A model generated the notes under the pieces. The model worked only from the letters and a program-made list of their open reading frames with translations, did not search any database and was not told the origin of the DNA. Both the position numbers and the translations under genes were made by a program. Source: an uncultured Anaerolineaceae bacterium (GTDB taxonomy: Bacteria; Chloroflexota; Anaerolineae; Anaerolineales; UBA4823). Taken from it: 64,000 nt of DNA. Below, one piece after another: positions 33,873 through 41,709 of the stretch. Where the stretch lies: NCBI GenBank assembly GCA_964606085.1, contig CAZSFD010000011.1:17763-81762 (forward strand), given 5' to 3'. Within the stretch, counting starts at the first letter, position 1. Each line of letters starts with the position of its first letter.

Positions 33873-35051
33873 TTATTTTTCAGGCGCGCCTGATTTAATC
33901 CATTCAATGACACTTTGCAGTTCTTCATCGGTCAGTTGGCCGGGGTGGCTGCCGGCCTGTTGAATTTGCACCAGGATGCTGTTATCGGGGTCGCCAGGGA
34001 TGATGCCAGGGCCGCTGTTGCCTTCGGCCAGGGCATCCTGGTAGGTTGCCAGCGAATAGCCGCCAACCTTTGTCACGCCGTGGCAGGTGGAACAGCGGTT
34101 GCGGAACAGGCCCTCGTAGTTGCCCGCCCACGAGTTGGCTGAGACGCCCTCGCCGAGGGTGGGCGTGGGTGCAACTGTGATGGTGGGCCGCGGGCTGGGC
34201 GTGACCGGGGCAAATACCTGCGCCGTCTCGCCCTGCGGCACCGTGGTGATGGCGGTGCTTTCATAGCCGAGGAAGAAATAGCTGAAAATGCCAAAGCCGA
34301 TCACGATCACCGCGGCGATGGGGGCGTAGATCATCTGGCGCTTGCGCAGCACCGCCGCAGGGATGGCTTCCTTGTGACTGGCCTCGATTTCGGCCAGTTG
34401 CGCCGGGTGCTCGTCTTCCATCTCGTGGCGGGTCATCTGGCCGGTGAAGATGCTCTTGTTGAACATCTTGATGTGGACGTGGTAGAAGTGCCACAGGATG
34501 ATGGCTGCCACGGCCAGCACGGCCTCTGCTCCGTGGGCGGCTTTGGCCGCAGGGATGGCCTCGCCGGGCAGGAAGCGGGTGGACAGCACCGGGTTCCACA
34601 TCAGGAAGCCCGTCAGCGCCATCAACACCGTTCCCCACACCACCGCCAGGTATTCAGCCTTTTCGGCGTAGTTGAACTGGCCGTATTGGGCGTGCTCTTT
34701 GCGGATGCCAAGATAATAGGCGATGTCCTGAAAAACATGCTTGATGTCATCCAGCCAGGGCATCATCGTCCAACGGGCGCGCAGCACGATGATGCGGTAC
34801 AGCAATTCCAGCACATGATACAGGCTGACAATCAACATCACGATGGCAGCCCAGTGATGGATGACACGCGTCCCTTCGATGCCGCCGAACAGGCGCAGGA
34901 AGAACAGGCTGATGGGTGACTCGGCGAACTTCTGGATCAACCCGGTCAGGCCGAGCAGCGAGAACGAGACCAGGAACACGCCATGTTGGATGCGCTGGCT
35001 GAGGTCGAAGCGCTGGTAGGTTTGGGGCGAGGCGGCGTGATGCTCACTCAT
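33873..35051 (-). CDS. FdnI/HydC-type cytochrome b fused to an extra TM helix and a C-terminal monoheme c-type (Planctomycete-cytochrome-C-like) domain
   Basis: Start at ATG 35051 (MSEHHAASPQTYQRF...). There are four helices with conserved His (IQHG, IHHWAA, AAHGAE, WHFYHVH), a fifth TM (MIYAPIAAVIVIGFGIFSYFFLGY), a T/P linker, then NRCSTCHG...IIPGDPDNSILV. Confidence 0.8.
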   Translation of the reverse strand: MSEHHAASPQTYQRFDLSQRIQHGVFLVSFSLLGLTGLIQKFAESPISLFFLRLFGGIEGTRVIHHWAAIVMLIVSLYHVLELLYRIIVLRARWTMMPWLDDIKHVFQDIAYYLGIRKEHAQYGQFNYAEKAEYLAVVWGTVLMALTGFLMWNPVLSTRFLPGEAIPAAKAAHGAEAVLAVAAIILWHFYHVHIKMFNKSIFTGQMTRHEMEDEHPAQLAEIEASHKEAIPAAVLRKRQMIYAPIAAVIVIGFGIFSYFFLGYESTAITTVPQGETAQVFAPVTPSPRPTITVAPTPTLGEGVSANSWAGNYEGLFRNRCSTCHGVTKVGGYSLATYQDALAEGNSGPGIIPGDPDNSILVQIQQAGSHPGQLTDEELQSVIEWIKSGAPEK

Positions 35052-36450
35052 GGCGGGCCTCCTCGCCGAGTTGGGCGGGTTCGTCGGGTGGAACTGGGTC
35101 ATCGCTGAGGGGGCTGGGTTTTTCTGGCGGGGATGCCTCTGTTGGGATTTCTGCAGGCGGTGTAGGGTTTTCCCTGGCCGTGTCAGGCGGCATGGCAGCC
35201 TGATCGGGTTCGAGTGGCCCGGTTGCATCTGCTTCGGTGGGAATGGCGTCGGGTTCGGGTTGCGGGGCGGCAGGCTCTTCAGAGGCCGGGGCGTGCGGCT
35301 TGCGTGGCAGGCGGTTGATCACCCGGCGGCTGGCATCCAGCACTACCATCACCCCCATGCCGCCCAACACCAGCGGGATGAAGAATTTGTAGAACAGGTC
35401 TACATAATAGACGATGGGGTATTTTTCGGGCGAGGGGTAGTAGTGCGACATCCACGAAGCGGGGAAATCGGACGTGGCATCGGGGTGGCAGGTCTGGCAG
35501 CGCGCCAGCAGGTTTTCGCGCACTTGCAGGCCCTTCTGCGGGTCATCGGTGCGCAGGATTTCGTGGACGCCGTGGCAGTCGTAGCAGACGGGCTTATTGG
35601 TTTCAGCGTCAGGCGACTGCTTCTCGAAGATCATCACTGTCGTGCCGTGAAAATCGGCCACATAAGTATCGAGGACTTCGGTGGTCAGGCCGTACTTCGC
35701 CATGCGCGTGGAGTCGGTGTGGCAGTTGGCGCAAATCTGCGGCGATTGCAGGCGGTAGGCGGCGGTGGTGGGGTCGCCAATGTTGTGGACGCCGTGACAG
35801 TCAATGCAGGTGGGCACGTCCAGGTTGCCTTCGGTGAGCGCCGCGCCATGCACGCTGGCGGCATATTTCTCGTAAATGGCGCTGTGGCATTTGGCGCAGG
35901 TTTGCGGTATCCACAGGTGCGCTTCGGGCAAAATTTCATTTGTTTCGGGGTTGGTAAGGCGCTGCACGGCATGGGCGCTGTGGCAGTCAGTGCAGGCGGC
36001 GGCCTCACGCTTTCCGGCGGCCAGGGCCTGGGCGTGGACGCTGTCGGCGGCCTGGCTGGCCTCGCCGCTGTGGCAGAAGGCGCAGCTTTCGTTCAGCTTC
36101 AGAGTCACTTCGCGCCCATCCTGGGCGCTGAAGGCCGGGTGCGGGTACGCCCCCACGTCGCGGTGGCACTGCACGCAGGCGTAGCCTAACGCACCGTGGA
36201 CGGAATTGGTGTGTTCGAGCGGGTCTACGAACAGGTCGAGCGTGCTGCCATCGCCGAGCGGCATGGTCTGGCCAGGCTGGCCGTGGCAGCTCAGGCAGGT
36301 TTCGTCGCTAATCGAGAGTGGCGCGGGGGTCGGTTCGGCGGCCTGGGGCAGCGGTGCGGCACGAACAGGGATCGCCAGGATCAGCAGGCTGCTTGCCAGC
36401 AAGATCACGCCGGATAGGAGGGGGAAGAATTTGGGGATGGTGAGGTGCAT
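35044..36450 (-). CDS. Nonaheme c-type cytochrome with C-terminal TM anchor and Pro-rich tail
   Basis: Signal peptide and 9 CXXCH (CLSCH CVQCH CAFCH CTDCH CAKCH CIDCH CANCH CYDCH CQTCH). The TM is FIPLVLGGMGVMVVL. Confidence 0.9.
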   Translation of the reverse strand: MHLTIPKFFPLLSGVILLASSLLILAIPVRAAPLPQAAEPTPAPLSISDETCLSCHGQPGQTMPLGDGSTLDLFVDPLEHTNSVHGALGYACVQCHRDVGAYPHPAFSAQDGREVTLKLNESCAFCHSGEASQAADSVHAQALAAGKREAAACTDCHSAHAVQRLTNPETNEILPEAHLWIPQTCAKCHSAIYEKYAASVHGAALTEGNLDVPTCIDCHGVHNIGDPTTAAYRLQSPQICANCHTDSTRMAKYGLTTEVLDTYVADFHGTTVMIFEKQSPDAETNKPVCYDCHGVHEILRTDDPQKGLQVRENLLARCQTCHPDATSDFPASWMSHYYPSPEKYPIVYYVDLFYKFFIPLVLGGMGVMVVLDASRRVINRLPRKPHAPASEEPAAPQPEPDAIPTEADATGPLEPDQAAMPPDTARENPTPPAEIPTEASPPEKPSPLSDDPVPPDEPAQLGEEARHE

Positions 36451-36461
36451 ATTCGATTTCC

Positions 36462-37142
36462 CTACTCGCTTTTCTCGCCGCTCAGGCGTTCATATTCTTT
36501 GGCGTGGAACTGGCGCATCTCTGCTTCGCTCAACTTGCCGGTGAACATGCTCAAATTCAGGCGTTCAATGTGGACGTGGTAGATATGCCACACCATGATG
36601 AAGATGGTCGCCACGATGGCTTCGGTGCTGTGGGCCAATTTCGCCGCTGGCACAATCCCGCCGGGGAAAAGCTGCGTGAACTGCACCGGGAACCAGATAA
36701 TGAACCCCGAAATGACCATGATCCCGATGCCGAAGAACAGAAACCAATAGGTGATCTTCTGCTCGAAGTTGTAGCGGCCAAAGGCGGGGCGGTCTTTGCG
36801 CAGGAAGAGCAGGTACTTGAGCATCTGCCAGGCATCGCGCACGTCTTGCACCGTCGGCAGCATGTCGCCGGGCAGTTTGCGCCGCACCAACAGGATGATG
36901 ATCACGGCCAGGTGGTAGATCACTTCGAGCGTCAGCACGATGGCGGCGACGTGGTGGATATTGCGGATCAGTTCCACCTGTTCGGGCGTGGCGAGCAATT
37001 GCTGGCTCCAGGCGGCCTCACGGTATTTTTGCGGCAGGCCGGTCAGCAGCAGCACCACGAAGCTCAGGATCAGCAGGGCGTGTTCCCAGCGCTGCGCCAG
37101 CGAGAAGCGCCAGAAGGTGCGTTCTTGCGTAATGGTTTTCAT
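36462..37142 (-). CDS. FdnI/HydC-type (Ni/Fe-hydrogenase b-type) cytochrome b
   Basis: Start at ATG 37142 (MKTITQERTFWRF...), an ATGA overlap with the upstream stop. Four helices with His ligand candidates (RWEHA, IHHVAA, LAHSTE, WHIYHVH). Confidence 0.8.
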   Translation of the reverse strand: MKTITQERTFWRFSLAQRWEHALLILSFVVLLLTGLPQKYREAAWSQQLLATPEQVELIRNIHHVAAIVLTLEVIYHLAVIIILLVRRKLPGDMLPTVQDVRDAWQMLKYLLFLRKDRPAFGRYNFEQKITYWFLFFGIGIMVISGFIIWFPVQFTQLFPGGIVPAAKLAHSTEAIVATIFIMVWHIYHVHIERLNLSMFTGKLSEAEMRQFHAKEYERLSGEKSE

Positions 37143-38305
37143 GGCAGGTTCCTCCGCACGCGCCCGGCCGTGTTGCGGACGATTTGCAGCAGCACATAAA
37201 TGACCGAGGCCCACAGCACAACCGGCATGAACCAATCGTAGAACGATTTGACGTAAAACACGAACGGCGTGCGGGCCAGGCTGATCTCGTTGTGGCCTGT
37301 CCAGGCCGCGGTCCAGTTCGGGCCTGCGCCGGGGTGACACTCGGCGCAGGTGGCTTGCAGGTTGGCCGGGTTGACTTTCGAGGCCGGGTCGTCGGTCTGA
37401 CGGATGTCGTGGATGCCGTGGCAGTCGGTACACACGGCGCTGTCGTGCCAGATGGCCGGCCAGCGTGCCTTGTAGACGGAAACATCCACGCCATGCCAGG
37501 AGAGCTTGTAGATGTCGTAAACATCGGCTGGCAGGCCATATTGGCTCATCATGACTTCATCGGCGTGACAGTTGGCGCACATTTCGGGGGTCTGCACGCG
37601 GAATTGCTCGGTGCGTGGGTCTTGAATATCATGCACGCCGTGACAATCGGTGCAGACGGGCACATCGGGGTTGTCCTCGCCGATCAGGGCCGCACCATGA
37701 ATGCTCTGCTTGTAGGCATCCACGATCTCGCCGTGACATTGAGCGCACGTCTCCGAGATGTGGGCGCGCGGCTCGTTGGGCGGGCGCACGTCGTGTGCGC
37801 CGTGGCAATCGGTGCAGACCGGGGCTTCGGGGTGGCCGGAAGCGGCCATCTGGGTGTGGATGCTGTCCTGGGCCTTCTCGTAATTGTTGGAATGGCACTT
37901 CTGGCAGGTCTGGTAGTAACCGAGGGAGAGTTCGCGGCGGCTGGTGTAGGTCTGCGCCGGGTGCGGGTAGGTGGTGATGTTGTTGTGACACGCCTCGCAT
38001 TCGATTCCGAGCGAACTATGGATGGAATGCTCGATCTCGTCGGCTGAGATCACCAGCGAAAGCGTCTCGCCGCTGGGCAGGGCGATGTCTTTGACCTTAT
38101 CGGGGTTGCTGTGACAGCCCAGGCAGTATTTTTCGGTTTCCTGTGCGGCGGGGGCGGTCACATCGGCGGCGCGGGCGGGCGTGGAAATACCAAGCAAGAC
38201 CGCGATCACAAGGAAGGTAAGACCGACAATTTGTGGCGCAAATCTCAGATTTGCGCTACGTTTGGCGGCAGCTGGAAACCGCGCTTTGGAGGGGTTACTT
38301 GCCAT
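37139..38305 (-). CDS. Nonaheme c-type cytochrome with C-terminal TM anchor
   Basis: Start at ATG 38305 (MASNPSKARF..., signal anchor). 9 CXXCH (CLGCH CEACH CQKCH CTDCH CAQCH CTDCH CANCH CTDCH CAECH). Paralog of 35044-36450. Confidence 0.9.
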   Translation of the reverse strand: MASNPSKARFPAAAKRSANLRFAPQIVGLTFLVIAVLLGISTPARAADVTAPAAQETEKYCLGCHSNPDKVKDIALPSGETLSLVISADEIEHSIHSSLGIECEACHNNITTYPHPAQTYTSRRELSLGYYQTCQKCHSNNYEKAQDSIHTQMAASGHPEAPVCTDCHGAHDVRPPNEPRAHISETCAQCHGEIVDAYKQSIHGAALIGEDNPDVPVCTDCHGVHDIQDPRTEQFRVQTPEMCANCHADEVMMSQYGLPADVYDIYKLSWHGVDVSVYKARWPAIWHDSAVCTDCHGIHDIRQTDDPASKVNPANLQATCAECHPGAGPNWTAAWTGHNEISLARTPFVFYVKSFYDWFMPVVLWASVIYVLLQIVRNTAGRVRRNLP

Positions 38306-38447
38306 TCTTCTCTCCCGCGGGCGGTTCAGCCACCAGCCCCAGGCGGCGCAAAAGATACGAGATGCCGAACAAAATCCCCAACGGCACCGCGCAGCGCACC
38401 ACAAACAGCAACCCGACGAAAATTGGGTTGGGATCGGCGTGTTCCAT
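38295..38447 (-). CDS. Uncalled 50-aa single-TM peptide, translationally coupled to the nonaheme cytochrome gene
   Basis: GGAGATCAATACTT ATG at 38447. The product is MEHADPNPIFVGLLFVVRCAVPLGILFGISYLLRRLGLVAEPPAGEKNGK. Third codon positions are mostly G/C. The stop TAA (38297-38295) overlaps the ATG 38305 of the next gene. It is below the ORF-track size cut-off. Confidence 0.45.
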   Translation of the reverse strand: MEHADPNPIFVGLLFVVRCAVPLGILFGISYLLRRLGLVAEPPAGEKNGK

Positions 38448-38473
38448 AAGTATTGATCTCCATTTTGCCACAA

Positions 38474-38502
38474 ACTTCCGAAGTCTTTAAGACTTCGGAA
38501 GT
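38474..38502. repeat. 12-bp perfect hairpin 5 nt after the NrfD-like stop, same arm word as 12269-12315
   Basis: ACTTCCGAAGTC TTTAA GACTTCGGAAGT. Confidence 0.75.
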
Positions 38503-38506
38503 CTCA

Positions 38507-39739
38507 TCACTTCTCGCCATCGAACAATGGCAGCAGCTTGACGCCCAACGTCAGCAGCAGCAGCGCATAGCCGATGATCCCCACCGCCACGCCCCACTCC
38601 ACCAGCGACGGCCAGTATTCCCCGGCGGGCAACTGGTACAACGTCCCCGGCGAATAGGCCACCGGCACGAACAACCCGCTGACCGTGATGTTCCAGCGGT
38701 GGGTGATGATGCCGAGCATGCCCGAAATGCCGCCGATGACGAGGAAAAGCGGCGAACGGTTGAAGCGCGGCGTCAGAAACAGCACCGCCGGGACGATGAT
38801 GCCCAGGCCCACTTCGCCCACCCAAAAACTGAAATTGTAGGGCGTCTGCTGGTTCAAAATGAACAGCGACTCGCTCACCAGCGGCGTGCGGCCATAGTAG
38901 GCCACCGTGGCCAAATCCCAAAATTTGATGTAGCCGTAGGCCAAAAAGGCCAGCCCGCTGAATTTGGCAATCGTGCGCAGTACATCGTGCGGCACGCGGC
39001 GCTTGAGCGTGATCCATTCGACCACCAGGGCAATCGTCATCGTCAGCGCCGGGCCGGCCGCCACCGCCGACAGGATGAACATGATCGGCATCGAGGGCTT
39101 GAACCAGATCGGGCGCGACTTGACGATGCCGTAGGTGGCTCCGAGCGAAGATTGATGCAGCAGCGAAATGCCCAGCCCCAACACGGCCAGCGCCGGGGCC
39201 AGCTTGTGCAGCAGGTGAGCGGCTTTGCGGATGTAGTCAATGTAGCGCACCCGGTCGAAGATTTTGGCCTCGGCGATCACCGGCAAAAACTCCACCACCA
39301 TGATCACGAGATAAATGGTGATGCACCAGGTAATTTCCCACAGCACCGAGTGGACGTTCCAGAACGCCCACGGATGCCAGAAGCGGTCGGGGCGGCCAAT
39401 ATCCATCACCAGCGTCAGCAGCGCCGACGTGTAGCCGATGAAGCCCACCAGCACGGCCAGGCGCACAATGGATTGGAAGTGTTTCAAGCCAAAGATGTAG
39501 ACGATGGCCGAAAGCGTGAACGCGCCCGCCCCCAGGGCGATGGACGACAGATCAATGGTGATCCACAACCCCCAGGGGACGAGGTCGCTCATATTGGTGA
39601 TCCATAGCCCCTGCCAGAACACATCCACGGCGGCCACCAACCCGATGGCCAGGCACAACCCGATGAAGGCCAGCCATGCCAGCATGGCCGGGCTGAGACG
39701 CGGCAGCGTGAAACCTTTGCGCGGCGCCAGGGTGGTCAT
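38507..39739 (-). CDS. NrfD/PsrC-family polytopic quinone-interacting membrane subunit
   Basis: 410 aa with ~10 hydrophobic helices. The N-terminal pattern VPWGLWITIDLSSIALGAGAF is typical of the NrfD family. ATGA overlap with the NrfC-like gene. Confidence 0.85.
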   Translation of the reverse strand: MTTLAPRKGFTLPRLSPAMLAWLAFIGLCLAIGLVAAVDVFWQGLWITNMSDLVPWGLWITIDLSSIALGAGAFTLSAIVYIFGLKHFQSIVRLAVLVGFIGYTSALLTLVMDIGRPDRFWHPWAFWNVHSVLWEITWCITIYLVIMVVEFLPVIAEAKIFDRVRYIDYIRKAAHLLHKLAPALAVLGLGISLLHQSSLGATYGIVKSRPIWFKPSMPIMFILSAVAAGPALTMTIALVVEWITLKRRVPHDVLRTIAKFSGLAFLAYGYIKFWDLATVAYYGRTPLVSESLFILNQQTPYNFSFWVGEVGLGIIVPAVLFLTPRFNRSPLFLVIGGISGMLGIITHRWNITVSGLFVPVAYSPGTLYQLPAGEYWPSLVEWGVAVGIIGYALLLLTLGVKLLPLFDGEK

Positions 39740-40566
39740 AGGCCCTCCTTTGGCGGGATATAGTAGACGTTGGCCTCCGTCCCCAGGTCTTCGCGCAGGC
39801 GGATGGTGGCGTGGGCGCGGATGTACTCGGAAACCGGGCTTTGTTCGTCGTTCAGGTCGCCAAAGACGCGCGCCCCCACCGGGCAGACGTTGACGCAGGC
39901 GGGCGTGGCTTCGGCGTCTACGCCGGGCATCAGGCCGCTGCGCAGGCCGTCATCAATGCGGTGAATGCAGAAGGTACACTTTTCCACCACACCGCGCGGC
40001 CGGCGTTCGACCTCGGCGATGCCCCAGGTGGGGATGTAGGGATTTTCCTCGCTGCGTTCCTGCCAGTTGAAGCGGCGGGCGTCGTAGGGACAGGCCACCT
40101 GGCAGTAGCGGCAGCCGATACAGCGGTCGTAATTCATCACCACCAGCCCATCTTCGCGGTGGTAGGTAGCTTGCACGGGGCAGACCTCCACGCAGGGGGC
40201 GTTCTGGCAGTGCAGGCAGGGCCGGGTGAAGAAAAATTCGCGCCCGGTGGATGTTTTCTCGTTGACGATGATGTTCCAGGGTTCGCCAGAAAGGACATCG
40301 TTGGTAGCGCTGCACGCCCGCTGGCAGTAGCCGCAGCCGATACATTTATCCAGGTCAATTGCCATGCCCCAACGGAACGGGCCGTGGCCGTCGCCATGCC
40401 CGTCGCCGTTGATGGAAAGTTGCTCGCTCTTGAGTTGTCCGAACGGCGAGAGCGGCCCGGTGGTAACGACCTGCGCCAGCAGCACCGAACCCGCCGCGGC
40501 CACCCCCACTTTGAGAAAATCACGGCGGGTCAGATCGACGACGACTTTGGTCTTTTTCTTAGCCAT
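39736..40566 (-). CDS. Tat-exported 4x[4Fe-4S] ferredoxin subunit (NrfC/PsrB-like)
   Basis: Twin-arginine signal LTRRDFLKVGVAAAG. Cys clusters CIGCGYCQRAC, CLHCQNAPCVEVCP, CIGCRYCQVACP, CTFC...CVNVCP. Confidence 0.9.
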   Translation of the reverse strand: MAKKKTKVVVDLTRRDFLKVGVAAAGSVLLAQVVTTGPLSPFGQLKSEQLSINGDGHGDGHGPFRWGMAIDLDKCIGCGYCQRACSATNDVLSGEPWNIIVNEKTSTGREFFFTRPCLHCQNAPCVEVCPVQATYHREDGLVVMNYDRCIGCRYCQVACPYDARRFNWQERSEENPYIPTWGIAEVERRPRGVVEKCTFCIHRIDDGLRSGLMPGVDAEATPACVNVCPVGARVFGDLNDEQSPVSEYIRAHATIRLREDLGTEANVYYIPPKEGL

Positions 40567-41563
40567 TCTCTTCCACCTCCACCAGCCGGATACGCTTGCT
40601 GACTACCCAGGCTGCCGCGCCGCCGGTGATCAGGCCGACAATCGCGCCCTGCGCCAGGCCGGTATACAGCCGCACCGTGCCAGCCGCCTTCAATTCGGCA
40701 ATCGCCTGCTCCTGCTCGCTGACTTTTTCTTCCAGCGAGAGCATTTCGGCGGTGTTGATGGTTTGCGTGATCTGCCCGGTCAGCTTGACGATCTCGTCGC
40801 GCGTGTGGACGGTATCCTGGTGGCAGCCGATACACGCATCCGAGCCGACGGTGAAGGTATGGCCGGTGGGGATCAGACCGCCGATGGGGTCATCCATACG
40901 CGGGCGGGTATACATGTGACAGTTGGAGCATTCCAGGCCGGCGTTGGCGTGCGTGCCGTGCGTAAAGGCCGTTCCGCTCTCTTTGTGGCAGTTGGTGCAT
41001 AGCTCGGTGACGGTGGGCGCGACCGGCTTCTGGGCGTGCGGGTTGTGGCAGGCCTGGCACTGAATCCCTTGCTGGCCGTGAGCGCTGGCGCGCCATTCGT
41101 CGGTGGTGTTTTTGTGACAGGTGGCGCAAAGGTTCTCATCGGGGGTGAGCGGCATCTGCGTGGCGGGGTGGCCTGGTTGGAAAGGCCCGTGGCACGATTC
41201 GCACGTCACGCCCTCTTCGTTGTAAGCGCCGTTGGCGGGGTTGAAGCCGGTGGTGTGGCATTCCAGGCAGGCCACCTGCGAGCCGAGTTCGCTCCAATCG
41301 CGCTGGAAGATGGGTGAGGAGAAGGCATGGGCGTGGCGGGTTTCCTGCCAATCGGTGTACAAATCTTCGTGGCAACTCTTACAGGATTCTGACCCGGCGT
41401 AGGATGCGACCGTCGGCGTTGCATCGGCGGCCACATCTGCCGCCTGGGCAGGCTGCGCCTGGCTCAACATGGCTCCTGCCGCCACACAAACTGCAAAAAC
41501 CAGCATAAATGCCAACCCGCTGCGTCCCCAAATTTTTGATAGCGTTAGCCATTTTCGATCCAT
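40559..41563 (-). CDS. Octaheme c-type cytochrome with coiled-coil and C-terminal TM anchor
   Basis: Signal peptide and 8 CXXCH (CKSCH CLECH CESCH CATCH CQACH CTNCH CSNCH CIGCH). The C-terminus is ...EEKVSEQEQAIAELKAAG...LAQGAIVGLITGGAAAWVV SKR. Confidence 0.9.
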   Translation of the reverse strand: MDRKWLTLSKIWGRSGLAFMLVFAVCVAAGAMLSQAQPAQAADVAADATPTVASYAGSESCKSCHEDLYTDWQETRHAHAFSSPIFQRDWSELGSQVACLECHTTGFNPANGAYNEEGVTCESCHGPFQPGHPATQMPLTPDENLCATCHKNTTDEWRASAHGQQGIQCQACHNPHAQKPVAPTVTELCTNCHKESGTAFTHGTHANAGLECSNCHMYTRPRMDDPIGGLIPTGHTFTVGSDACIGCHQDTVHTRDEIVKLTGQITQTINTAEMLSLEEKVSEQEQAIAELKAAGTVRLYTGLAQGAIVGLITGGAAAWVVSKRIRLVEVEENG

Positions 41564-41709
41564 ATTTCGACCTCTTCACATTTCAAACTGGTAGGTTTAC
41601 CCTATCGAACATTATTTTTATGGGAGATTCTTCCCATTCGATTGTAGGTGCGAATGGATGTCACTCACAGTTAGCAATGTCACGCCCCCTCTCGATAGAT
41701 GTAACCAAA

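Noticed and set aside
33873-38473. Longer N-terminal extensions given by the ORF track (starts at 35228, 37433, 38473; likewise 61109, 15755, 20430, 28683, 29753, 51131, 53419, 57375).
   Set aside because: The extensions overlap the upstream gene in another frame and are R/P/W-rich. Internal ATGs give proper signal peptides or conserved N-termini and ATGA-type coupling with the upstream stop.
38507-41563. Interpretation as Alternative Complex III or as the Nrf nitrite reductase system.
   Set aside because: ACIII needs a molybdopterin-like ActB and additional ActD/E/F subunits, which are absent. NrfA needs a CXXCK heme site and none occurs. Only the generic cytochrome/NrfC/NrfD module logic is shared.
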